64,000 bases of DNA from a bacterium (GTDB lineage Bacteria > Patescibacteriota > Saccharimonadia > Saccharimonadales > DATKHC01). Position numbers and translations under genes: made by a program. Positions 34,447 through 43,407 of the stretch are shown here, in pieces (within the stretch, counting starts at the first letter, position 1; every line of letters starts with the position of its first letter). The notes below the pieces were generated by a model. It saw only the letters and a list, made by a program, of their open reading frames with translations. It had not been told where the DNA came from and made no database searches. The stretch spans positions 6,965 through 70,964 of the forward strand of contig JAJXXC010000008.1 in assembly GCA_021781215.1 (NCBI GenBank). Reading direction: 5' to 3'.

Positions 34447-36060
34447 CTAGCCTTTATTGGCAATCGCTGCACTAATTAGCCCCATAAACATAGGGTGAGG
34501 TTTATTGGGTCTTGATTTAAACTCTGGGTGAAATTGAGATGCCACAAAGTACGGATGATCTAGCCCCTCTATCATCTCTACTAAATTCTCATCTGGGCTA
34601 TAGCCAACTACCTTGATGCCCCAGTCTCTATATTGGTCCCTATAAACATTATTGCATTCATATCTATGACGATGACGCTCATATATAAGATCTTTCTTAT
34701 ATAAATCAGCAGCCAAAGAATCTTTAGCTAATACACACGGGTATTCACCTAGTCTCATAGTGCCACCAGTATTTTCTTTACCTACTTGCCCAAGCATCGT
34801 ATTTATAACCGGATGCTTAGTTTTTAGATTAATTTCAACTGAGTTAGCATCAATTAATCCAGCATTTCTTGCAGCAGCTATTACGCCAACCTGAAGACCC
34901 AAACAAAGTCCTAAGTAAGGCATCTTGGATTTTAAAGAAAACTGAGCAGCTTTAATTTTACCTTCAATACCTCGTTTGCCAAAACCGCCCGGAACAACTA
35001 TGCCATCACATTTTATTGCACTCTTAACTTGAGACATGCTCATATCTTCAAGACTAGTAGAATCAATCCACTCTATATTAAGACCTATATCTTTTGCCCA
35101 TGCCGCAGCCTTTAGGGCCTCAGTTACCGACATATAAGTATCTTGGTTGTCCAGGTATTTTGCCACGATACCTATGGTGATACTTTTTTTATACGTTCTT
35201 TGTGCTCGTTCAATTAAACCGATCCATTCTTCCAATTTCGGTTTAGAATATTTCAACTTTAATTTATCTAATATAACTTTAGCTATACCGTTTTCTTCAA
35301 GAGTAATTGGTACTTCATATATAGTTGAAGCATTCGGAAGTAGCACAATAGCATCTTCCGATACCCCGGAGAAAAGACTTAGTTTCTTTATTACGGATGC
35401 CGGAGCCGTGTTTTCACTTCTGGAAACTAATATATCTGGGAAAATACCCAATCCGCGCAGCTCTCTAACGGCATTTTGGGCTGGCTTTGTTTTGAATTCT
35501 TGACTTGCACCAAGATAAGGCATATATACAACATGAACAAAAATGCAATTTTCCTTACCAACACCTAGCCCAAATTCTCTGATCGCTTCTAGAAAACTTA
35601 GCCCCTCGTAATCACCGACAGTACCGCCTATCTCAACTATATGTACATCAAACCCCTTCGAAGCTTTTTTAATTTCTTTTTGTATTGCTTTCGTGACGTG
35701 AGGAATGAATTGTACAGTACTGCCTAAATACCTGCCGCTACGTTCGTCATTTATAACTTTGTATAGCACCTTGCCACTCATCAATGAACTCGATTGATCT
35801 AACTCCTGATCTAAAAATCTTTCATAATGTCCAAGGTCTAAATCTGTTTCAGCACCATCACGAGTTACAAAACATTCACCGTGTTCAGCGGGGTTTAGCG
35901 TACCAGCATCAACATTTAGATATGGGTCACATTTTTGAATGTTTACTTTAAGGCCTCGGGCCTTGAGAATGTTCCCTATCGAAGCGGCCGTGATTCCCTT
36001 TCCTAACCCAGAAAGCACACCTCCAGTAACAAAAACATACTTAATAGGTTGCTTAGACAC
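34447..36060 (-). CDS. pyrG: CTP synthase
   Basis: It has a GTG start, YVFVTGGVLSGLGKG, and a C-terminal glutamine amidotransferase domain (GLCLGLQ, HRHRYE). Confidence 0.95.
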   Translation of the reverse strand: MSKQPIKYVFVTGGVLSGLGKGITAASIGNILKARGLKVNIQKCDPYLNVDAGTLNPAEHGECFVTRDGAETDLDLGHYERFLDQELDQSSSLMSGKVLYKVINDERSGRYLGSTVQFIPHVTKAIQKEIKKASKGFDVHIVEIGGTVGDYEGLSFLEAIREFGLGVGKENCIFVHVVYMPYLGASQEFKTKPAQNAVRELRGLGIFPDILVSRSENTAPASVIKKLSLFSGVSEDAIVLLPNASTIYEVPITLEENGIAKVILDKLKLKYSKPKLEEWIGLIERAQRTYKKSITIGIVAKYLDNQDTYMSVTEALKAAAWAKDIGLNIEWIDSTSLEDMSMSQVKSAIKCDGIVVPGGFGKRGIEGKIKAAQFSLKSKMPYLGLCLGLQVGVIAAARNAGLIDANSVEINLKTKHPVINTMLGQVGKENTGGTMRLGEYPCVLAKDSLAADLYKKDLIYERHRHRYECNNVYRDQYRDWGIKVVGYSPDENLVEMIEGLDHPYFVASQFHPEFKSRPNKPHPMFMGLISAAIANKG

Positions 36061-36131
36061 TCATAAACCCCTACTTTAAATTTATACTACGATACTACCT
36101 TAGCTTATCTATTCAAGCAAGCAAAATATTT

Positions 36132-37325
36132 TTAATGGCTCAATATATAATTTATAGCCGCATTTTCTTGCGTATCTATACCTTTTTGCTGATCAGATTG
36201 TGTTAAAGGTACAATAATGTCAGGAGTAATACCGATTTTATCTATATTTATATTATCCGGCGTAAACCAATGCGCAATAGTAACTTTAATCTCCTTGCCA
36301 CCACTTAGATTAAATATCTGTTGTACACTTCCCTTGCCATAACTTTTCACGCCAATTAATGTTGCTGCGTGATTATCTCTTAATGCTCCGGCAGTGATCT
36401 CACTCGCACTAGCACTGCCACCATTAATTAATACAACCGTAGGTATACCATTTAATATGTTGCCACCTAACGATTGATATGATTGAACAACTTGATTGTT
36501 GTGCCTTTCGGTCATTATAGTCATCCCCTCAGGCAACCATAGGCTACAAACGCTAACGGCGGAAGAGACTAGTCCGCCCGGGTTGCCTCTTAAATCTAGG
36601 ATTATGCCTTTCACATTATGCTGTTTAAAGTCAGCGGCAGCCTGCTGAGCTAAACTTGGGGTATCGTTAGCGAAACTAATGATGTTCATATAGCCTATAT
36701 TATTAGGTAAAATCTTATAATTAACACTGGGCACGACAATGTCGGCTCTAACTATTTTTACAATCACATTATTTGAACCCCTAATAATACCTAGCGTTAC
36801 CGTGCTTCCACTAGGTCCATGTATTGCGTTGACCGCACTCTCAAGAGATTCGCCCTGCGTGCTCTTACCATTAATGCTATTAACAATATCTCCTGTGAGT
36901 AATCCAGCCTTAGATGCAGGTGTACCTGCTAAAGTTGATACGATCACTATTTGGTCAGCGGAGTTATTGTCTAACTCTGCTCCGATGCCAGAAAAAGTAT
37001 TATTAAGTTCATTAGTAAATTGTTGAGCCTGAGCCGCATTATAATAATTTGTATGAACATCGCCCGTAGCATTTGCTAAGCCGCTTAAGATACCATCCTC
37101 TAAACTATTAGCATTTAGTTTACCGTCATAATTATTCTTTAGTATTGAATATTCCTGCTGAATTAATGAATAATTCAAGGTGCTCGGAAGGCTACTATTC
37201 ATACTATTCCATCGCAGATCAAAACTTCCGTTCCCGATCTTATAGCCAAACACAAATATCACTATAAATGCCAGTAATATAGCTACAATTTTAAAATTTT
37301 TATTTTTCAAAAGTCTAAAACTCAT
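36132..37325 (-). CDS. Carboxy-terminal processing protease (S41, PDZ-containing)
   Basis: It has an N-terminal anchor, a PDZ segment (GLLTGDIVNSING), DLRGNPGG and GGSASASE. Confidence 0.9.
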   Translation of the reverse strand: MSFRLLKNKNFKIVAILLAFIVIFVFGYKIGNGSFDLRWNSMNSSLPSTLNYSLIQQEYSILKNNYDGKLNANSLEDGILSGLANATGDVHTNYYNAAQAQQFTNELNNTFSGIGAELDNNSADQIVIVSTLAGTPASKAGLLTGDIVNSINGKSTQGESLESAVNAIHGPSGSTVTLGIIRGSNNVIVKIVRADIVVPSVNYKILPNNIGYMNIISFANDTPSLAQQAAADFKQHNVKGIILDLRGNPGGLVSSAVSVCSLWLPEGMTIMTERHNNQVVQSYQSLGGNILNGIPTVVLINGGSASASEITAGALRDNHAATLIGVKSYGKGSVQQIFNLSGGKEIKVTIAHWFTPDNINIDKIGITPDIIVPLTQSDQQKGIDTQENAAINYILSH

Positions 37326-37368
37326 TTATCTATTATTCTATCACTAATATACCGCTATTTGAAGATAT

Positions 37369-38583
37369 TTAACTAGCTGGCGGAAACGTAATGTAATAAT
37401 AATAAGAAGGATTTATATTAAATGCTTCGTCGAAGCCACCGACAACCCTAGCGTTGTATTCACTTACATTTATAGTACCGTTGGCATTAACACTCATGAC
37501 ATACATTGCATGTCCAACTGGACTTATCCCACCCGGACCTGTAGCAGGTAATATTGCGATATCTCCTGCGTGAGGAGTTCTACCTACTGGTATCCCCATA
37601 CTATGAGCGTCAGCAATCCATTCGCCAGCATTTCCAACTCCCTGAAGACCCCAAGATGGCATGTATTTCCCTGTAGATGCAACCATCCAGGCTGCATAAC
37701 TTACGCATTCTCGGTTATACATACCCCATGTATCAAACATTGTATCCTGAGGAGCACTACACCAAGGATTAGGATATGAGTCATTCGATGATCCACAGTT
37801 ACCATATACGATCGTACCACCTGCTTCATTTCTAGCTATAGTAGCCGCTTCTTCTATCTGCAGCTGAGCAACCTTTGCATTATTTGCTTGAAGCTGCTGA
37901 CTGTAAGCTGCTTGTTGTTGTTGGTCTAAGTTTAATAATGAATTCTCTTTATTTTGCGCAGTTGATAATGCGGCATTTTGTTGTTGTTGGTCTAAGAGCG
38001 TTATAGAGAGCGTCTTGTTTTGCAATGTTAATAGAGCCTGAGTATCATTAATTTGTTTAAGATCTCCTTGTATCGTTTGCTGTACTAAATTCTGGTATTC
38101 AATTTTAGTAACAAAATCACTCATATTCTGACTTGTAGCCAATGACTCAAGCGTGCTCATATGTCCGTCTACGTACATACTCTGTAAAATACTTGCCAAT
38201 GTAGCCTTTTCTTTAGCTAGTTGTAACTGATTTTTTGCTATTTTTGCCTGTATATTAGTGATCTGTGTCTGAGTCTGAACAATCTGGTTCTGGATTGCAA
38301 TAATCTGATTTTGTAAATCGCTTAATGATTGTTGATAAGTACTAGCTTGTGCTTGTAAATTTGAAATATTTTGCTGTACAATAGCGTTTTGAGTCTGTAA
38401 ATTTTGTATCTGTTGAGTATATTGATCGGCAAAAACTAAAGTCGGGGTTAAAATTGTTCCTAAAAAAGACAAGCTAATAACAGCAGAGTAAAATCTAGGT
38501 ACACTAATCCGAATTTTTTCTAGCATATTTTTGTTTTTTATTGACAAATTAATCATACCACCCCCTGCAATAGTTGTAAACAT
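37369..38583 (-). CDS. Secreted coiled-coil + C-terminal CHAP-domain peptidoglycan hydrolase (PcsB-like)
   Basis: A signal/anchor region is followed by a long Q-rich coiled coil. The CHAP Cys block is NRECVSYAAWMV and the His block is VGHAMYV. The true start may be an internal Met (MINLS or MLEK). Confidence 0.8.
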   Translation of the reverse strand: MFTTIAGGGMINLSIKNKNMLEKIRISVPRFYSAVISLSFLGTILTPTLVFADQYTQQIQNLQTQNAIVQQNISNLQAQASTYQQSLSDLQNQIIAIQNQIVQTQTQITNIQAKIAKNQLQLAKEKATLASILQSMYVDGHMSTLESLATSQNMSDFVTKIEYQNLVQQTIQGDLKQINDTQALLTLQNKTLSITLLDQQQQNAALSTAQNKENSLLNLDQQQQAAYSQQLQANNAKVAQLQIEEAATIARNEAGGTIVYGNCGSSNDSYPNPWCSAPQDTMFDTWGMYNRECVSYAAWMVASTGKYMPSWGLQGVGNAGEWIADAHSMGIPVGRTPHAGDIAILPATGPGGISPVGHAMYVMSVNANGTINVSEYNARVVGGFDEAFNINPSYYYYITFPPAS

Positions 38584-38617
38584 AAGCTCTACTCTATTGC
38601 CCGTTTAAAGACTAGTT

Positions 38618-39562
38618 CTATCTTTTTGTCTTATATTTTAAATACCGTCTCGTTGCGACTAATGCTGATCCGGCACCTATAATTATACCGATGCTAAAAA
38701 TCACTAACAACATATAAAAAAAGTTATGCTTAAAATAATACTGAGAATAGCTAATGTCCAGTAGTCCAAAACTACTTGCCTGTAAACTATTAGAGATAGT
38801 TGTGAACATTATTTCCACAAAAGCAAGCGAGATAGTCGCAGACAATATGCCATATATTATATTCTCTACCACATACGGTCCCTTAATGTACCATGTACTT
38901 GCCCCAAGCAATCTCATAGTCTGAATCTCGTCTCTACGGTTGAATATAGTCATTCTGATAGTGTTGAAAATAATCAGTACTGAGGTAGTTCCAAATACAA
39001 TAATACTTATGAGTCCGATTTCTCTCAACAGTCTAGTAGTCTTTGCAATCTTATTGATAGCAGTCTGTAATGCCCCAGAATAGGATGAGTTTGTTGCTTG
39101 CAATGCGACAACACTCGGCTCATCTAAAAATTGTTTTATACCTTCTAGCTGGTTAGGTGTAATTGGCGTAATATTAATGGTTGCAGGAATAGGATTTATG
39201 CCTAGTGCTGTTGTAGCTGACTGGATTGTTTTATTGCCAGCATTTTGCGCTTCATATATTGCTAGTGCCTGATCCTTTGATATATATTTTACTGACTTAA
39301 CTTCACTTAGATTCTTTAGCTGAGTTAGTAGTGTATCTTTTTGCTGTACAGTAATCGAATCCTTAAGATATACTGAGATATCTATCTTATTATTAATCTG
39401 ACTAATAGTATTATTTAGGGTCGCATTCGTTATAATCAAAATTAAAATAGTTGTTAGAGTGATGGTCATTACAGCTATCGCCGCAACAGCTAAAGTAATA
39501 TTCCTTAAAAAATTCTGTATTCCATTTTTTAGGATTCTTCCGAAGGTCATTGATATTTTCAT
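38618..39562 (-). CDS. ftsX: Cell division permease-like protein FtsX
   Basis: It has 4 TM helices with a large first extracytoplasmic loop. The start is placed at ATG 39562 (MKISMTF), 1 nt after the ftsE stop. Confidence 0.85.
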   Translation of the reverse strand: MKISMTFGRILKNGIQNFLRNITLAVAAIAVMTITLTTILILIITNATLNNTISQINNKIDISVYLKDSITVQQKDTLLTQLKNLSEVKSVKYISKDQALAIYEAQNAGNKTIQSATTALGINPIPATINITPITPNQLEGIKQFLDEPSVVALQATNSSYSGALQTAINKIAKTTRLLREIGLISIIVFGTTSVLIIFNTIRMTIFNRRDEIQTMRLLGASTWYIKGPYVVENIIYGILSATISLAFVEIMFTTISNSLQASSFGLLDISYSQYYFKHNFFYMLLVIFSIGIIIGAGSALVATRRYLKYKTKR

Positions 39563-39563
39563 A

Positions 39564-40247
39564 TTACGTGTGTTTATACTCCGCTTTAGCGTGATCTCCA
39601 ACAACTTGACCATCTTTCAGTGTTATTACTCTTCGTTTTATCTTATTAACTATCTCTTGGTTATGTGTGGTTAGCAGTACTGTTGTTCCGTACTTGTTAA
39701 TCTTCTCTAAAACCTTGATTATGTCCCATGCATTCTTCGGATCCAAATTTCCGGTCGGCTCGTCCGCAATTAATATTTTAGGCTGTCTAGCAATAGATCT
39801 CGCAATTGCAACTCTTTGCCTCTCACCGCCCGATAGTTGCGCTGGCATAGATTTTTCTTTACCAGTAAGTCCAACTATTTCAAGAACCCTAGGTACGGTC
39901 TTTTTAATCTGAGCATTGGTCTTGCCAACTATTTCAAGTGCAAATGCTACATTTTCATAAACATTTTTATTCGGGAGCAATTTAAAGTCCTGAAAGACGA
40001 CACCTATGCGCCTTCTAAGCATAGGTATATTACGGTCCTTGAGCTTATCATAGTCTATGCCACCTACAACAATTTTTCCTGAAGTTTGTCTTTCTTCCCT
40101 CGTTAGTAATCTAAGTAGTGTGGTCTTGCCTGCACCACTCTTACCTATTATAACCACAAACTCTTTAGCATTAATTTTGAGGCTAATCTTTTTTAACGCA
40201 GGAGATTTGTTGTTATAGTTTTTTGTTACTCTATCTAGAACAATCAT
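39564..40247 (-). CDS. ftsE: Cell division ATP-binding protein FtsE
   Basis: It has Walker A GKSGAGKTT, the signature LSGGERQR and Walker B ILIADEPTG. Confidence 0.95.
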   Translation of the reverse strand: MIVLDRVTKNYNNKSPALKKISLKINAKEFVVIIGKSGAGKTTLLRLLTREERQTSGKIVVGGIDYDKLKDRNIPMLRRRIGVVFQDFKLLPNKNVYENVAFALEIVGKTNAQIKKTVPRVLEIVGLTGKEKSMPAQLSGGERQRVAIARSIARQPKILIADEPTGNLDPKNAWDIIKVLEKINKYGTTVLLTTHNQEIVNKIKRRVITLKDGQVVGDHAKAEYKHT

Positions 40248-40291
40248 CTAGCCATATTATAGACTATATTTTCAGAAAATACTTATGCTTC

Positions 40292-41014
40292 TCAAAAATA
40301 TTCATTCAAAAATACATATTGATCAATGGCTAATTTATACTCCTCCAATCTATCACGATCAATCGTATCTGCATTATCGCGTGATTTGCCCCTTAAACGT
40401 TCGAACAAAACTATTAGATCGGCGTCATAAAGCTCATTAAGATTATCCTCAGTAATAATACCTAATTCAACCATTCTCCAAAAACCTAAATCATCATAGA
40501 TTTGTCTTCTATGCATCATTAAGTTATCGTTAATCGCTTTCCTTGATTGAATAAATTCATCTGCGTACTTTATAGTTGAATCCTTAGCGTCTACAGCTTT
40601 TTTCTGATCACTCACATTTTCAATTTCTAGCCCAAGATTCACGATATTTTTTAGAGCATTAGCATTTTGTACAAATGTTAACCTGTTCTTAGGACCAAAT
40701 ACTATATTCTGTATCACCCCTACTCTTTCTAAAAAATCCTCAGGATTAGCAATGAGGGAAACTTCTGTAGGTATAAAATATATTGAAGAAAAATCATACA
40801 TTTCCCTTAATAGCCCAAGCCGATCGCTTTCTCTTGCAACATGCCCTAGATTTATTATGAGAGATTGTTCAGCGGCAGGTTTTGCAATTTCTTGAGGCGC
40901 ATATAATTCTTTCACCTCTGGTACAGAGTCAAACAATGAAGGGTGGTCGCCTGGACCCATACGTTTTACTGTCATATTAATTTTATTTATAACATATAAA
41001 CGTAATAAATACAA
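40292..41014 (-). CDS. Hypothetical protein (no recognisable motif)
   Basis: A 240-codon ORF that fills the gap between ftsE and prfB on the same strand. The start is uncertain (41014, or 40975 MTVKRMG). Confidence 0.4.
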   Translation of the reverse strand: MYLLRLYVINKINMTVKRMGPGDHPSLFDSVPEVKELYAPQEIAKPAAEQSLIINLGHVARESDRLGLLREMYDFSSIYFIPTEVSLIANPEDFLERVGVIQNIVFGPKNRLTFVQNANALKNIVNLGLEIENVSDQKKAVDAKDSTIKYADEFIQSRKAINDNLMMHRRQIYDDLGFWRMVELGIITEDNLNELYDADLIVLFERLRGKSRDNADTIDRDRLEEYKLAIDQYVFLNEYF

Positions 41015-41027
41015 GTTAATATAGTGC

Positions 41028-42113
41028 TTAGTCCTTGGGTATATTCTCTATATTGTACTCAAGAATTTCGTCTAAATTACCGTCCAGAATCCCATCAATA
41101 TTGCTAGTTTCATATTTTGATCTTAAATCCTTAACCTGCTTATACGGATGCATAACATATGATCTTATTTGATTACCCCATTCAGCAGATAAGTTTGGCC
41201 CCTTTATATCTTGCATATTAGATAAATGCTGTTCTATTTTTAGCTGAGCTAATTTTGATCTTAGGATCGTCATTGCTAGCTCCCGATTCTGTGTTTGAGA
41301 TCTTTCATTCTGGATACTAACTACTATACTGGTTGGTAAATGAGTAATCCTGACGGCTGAATCTGTAGTATTAACACTTTGACCACCCTTACCACCGCTT
41401 CTAAAAACATCTACTCTGAGATCTTTCTCATCAATAACTACTGCATCTGATTGGTCTATCTTTGGTAACACCTCAACTTTTGCAAAACTCGTTTGTCTCA
41501 AATTATCTGCGTTAAATGGGCTTAATCTAACTAAGCGATGCACGCCATTTTCATTTTTCAACATACCATACGCAAACGGTCCATCTAGCTCAAAAGTTAC
41601 ACTTTTTAATCCCGCAGTATCGCCCAAAGACTGGTCTAAAATATTAACGTTAAAATTACGCTTTTCAGCATATCTCACATACATTCTAAGAAGTATTTGT
41701 GCCCAGTCTTGAGCATCGGTTCCGCCAGCCCCTGCATAAATACTTACTATCGTATTCAATTTATCATATTGACCGCTGAATTTAAGTTGTTTTTTAGTTT
41801 CTCTATATTCCTCTTCAGATTTATTCAAAAGATCTTCGATAATTTCACTGGAATCCTCATCCCCAGTATTCATCCAATCCACTAGTTCATTAATACTGTC
41901 CCTTAGCTTTAGCCATGGGCTAAGTTCAAGCTCGTAACTAGAAATCTGTTTCATGGTATCCTGGGCTTTTAAATTATCTTTCCAGAAATCTAGAGTTTTA
42001 GTTTTTGCATTCAAGATTTCCAATTTATCTTCGATCTCACCTAATTTTAATTTCTCAAAAGCGGCAAGAACATCAAGCTTTAATTTATCAACCCTACTAC
42101 TATAGTTTTCCAT
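41028..42113 (-). CDS. prfB: Peptide chain release factor 2 (single uninterrupted frame)
   Basis: It has the SPF tripeptide (RLSPFNA) and the GGQ motif ([20 protein letters not shown]). There is no internal in-frame TGA frameshift site. Confidence 0.95.
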   Translation of the reverse strand: MENYSSRVDKLKLDVLAAFEKLKLGEIEDKLEILNAKTKTLDFWKDNLKAQDTMKQISSYELELSPWLKLRDSINELVDWMNTGDEDSSEIIEDLLNKSEEEYRETKKQLKFSGQYDKLNTIVSIYAGAGGTDAQDWAQILLRMYVRYAEKRNFNVNILDQSLGDTAGLKSVTFELDGPFAYGMLKNENGVHRLVRLSPFNADNLRQTSFAKVEVLPKIDQSDAVVIDEKDLRVDVFRSGGKGGQSVNTTDSAVRITHLPTSIVVSIQNERSQTQNRELAMTILRSKLAQLKIEQHLSNMQDIKGPNLSAEWGNQIRSYVMHPYKQVKDLRSKYETSNIDGILDGNLDEILEYNIENIPKD

Positions 42114-43404
42114 AATCTTGTTCCCATAAAACCGCTAATTTATTGTAAATCTTAGCCATTAATTCGTCATTCGAATTACCTAAACCACCTACGCCCCACA
42201 CGTCTTGAGAAAATAAATCTCTAGTAATATCAATAATCTGTTGTTTGCTAACTAATTCAATTCTTTGTGGGTATTTGTAATAGTCGTATACCCTCCCCTC
42301 AGAAAAAAAATTACTACTATAGCTTCCGACCATATAACCAACAGTCTGTCCAGCTCTTTGGAATCTACCTAACGCATACTGTTTGGCTGACTTAATGTCT
42401 TTGTCAGCAATTTTACCCATAAAGATTTTTTTAATTTCCCGGACTACTATATCGAGCAATTCTAGAATATTATCTGGAGAAATCTGCACACTTAACCACC
42501 AATTTGCATTACCATTAAACTTAGAGAAGCTTGAATCTACGTGATACGCTATCCCTTTCTCTCTAGCAGTCCCTAAAATTTTAGAATAATACGTTTCGGT
42601 CAGAATAATATCCAACAACTCTGCGGCATGAGCTTCAGAAATTTTAATTTTGCGTTTCAAAAATGTATCTATGTAAAAATATAAATTTTTTACAGTTTCG
42701 TTTTCTATTCTAACCGGACTATCAATTTTAACAGGTTTTTCTTTAGGAAGCGCGAGCCTACCAGGACCTTCTGGCATACTCATTTGAGATAGAATATCTA
42801 CGATTTTTTGCCGACGTTCAATTGGTAACTTACCCCCGATAACAAACCTCATATTTGAAGCAAAATGAGTTTTTTTATAGTGATTTCTAATATCCTTCAG
42901 CTTCACATTTTCCATTAATTCTAGCCTCTCCTGATCAACAACAGCCATAAACCCAAATGCTTCCCTCATTGCTAAACTAAGATGTCTAAAATGATTATTT
43001 GAACGGTAAACTAACTCTTCTTTAACATTTCCAAACTCTGAGTTGAACTCGTGTCTTAAAAATAACGGCTTATCGATTGCTAAAAATAATAAATCAGCTA
43101 TTCTCTCCCATTCAAAATCAGCACACTCAGCTTCATAATTGACATCGTATATGCTGGTGCTGGCATTACAATATGCACCATTCTTTTCAAACTCAGCCTG
43201 AAACGCTTTAGTCTTCTTAATCTTCTGGTTCGCACCAAGCAACATATGTTCCATTAAGTGTGGCGTTTCTAATTTTTTCCTTTCTACCAGATATTCGCCA
43301 GCCCTAAAATTAACTTCAAAATTCATAACACTGGCGTCTGGGATATCAACAAAAAGACCCTTAGCCCCATTTGCTAATGTAACTTTATGGACTTTATGAA
43401 TCAT
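42100..43404 (-). CDS. M16-family (pitrilysin/insulinase-like) zinc peptidase
   Basis: It has the inverted zinc motif HLMEHML (HxxEH) near the N-terminus and a length typical of M16B. Confidence 0.8.
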   Translation of the reverse strand: MIHKVHKVTLANGAKGLFVDIPDASVMNFEVNFRAGEYLVERKKLETPHLMEHMLLGANQKIKKTKAFQAEFEKNGAYCNASTSIYDVNYEAECADFEWERIADLLFLAIDKPLFLRHEFNSEFGNVKEELVYRSNNHFRHLSLAMREAFGFMAVVDQERLELMENVKLKDIRNHYKKTHFASNMRFVIGGKLPIERRQKIVDILSQMSMPEGPGRLALPKEKPVKIDSPVRIENETVKNLYFYIDTFLKRKIKISEAHAAELLDIILTETYYSKILGTAREKGIAYHVDSSFSKFNGNANWWLSVQISPDNILELLDIVVREIKKIFMGKIADKDIKSAKQYALGRFQRAGQTVGYMVGSYSSNFFSEGRVYDYYKYPQRIELVSKQQIIDITRDLFSQDVWGVGGLGNSNDELMAKIYNKLAVLWEQDYGKL

Positions 43405-43407
43405 GAT

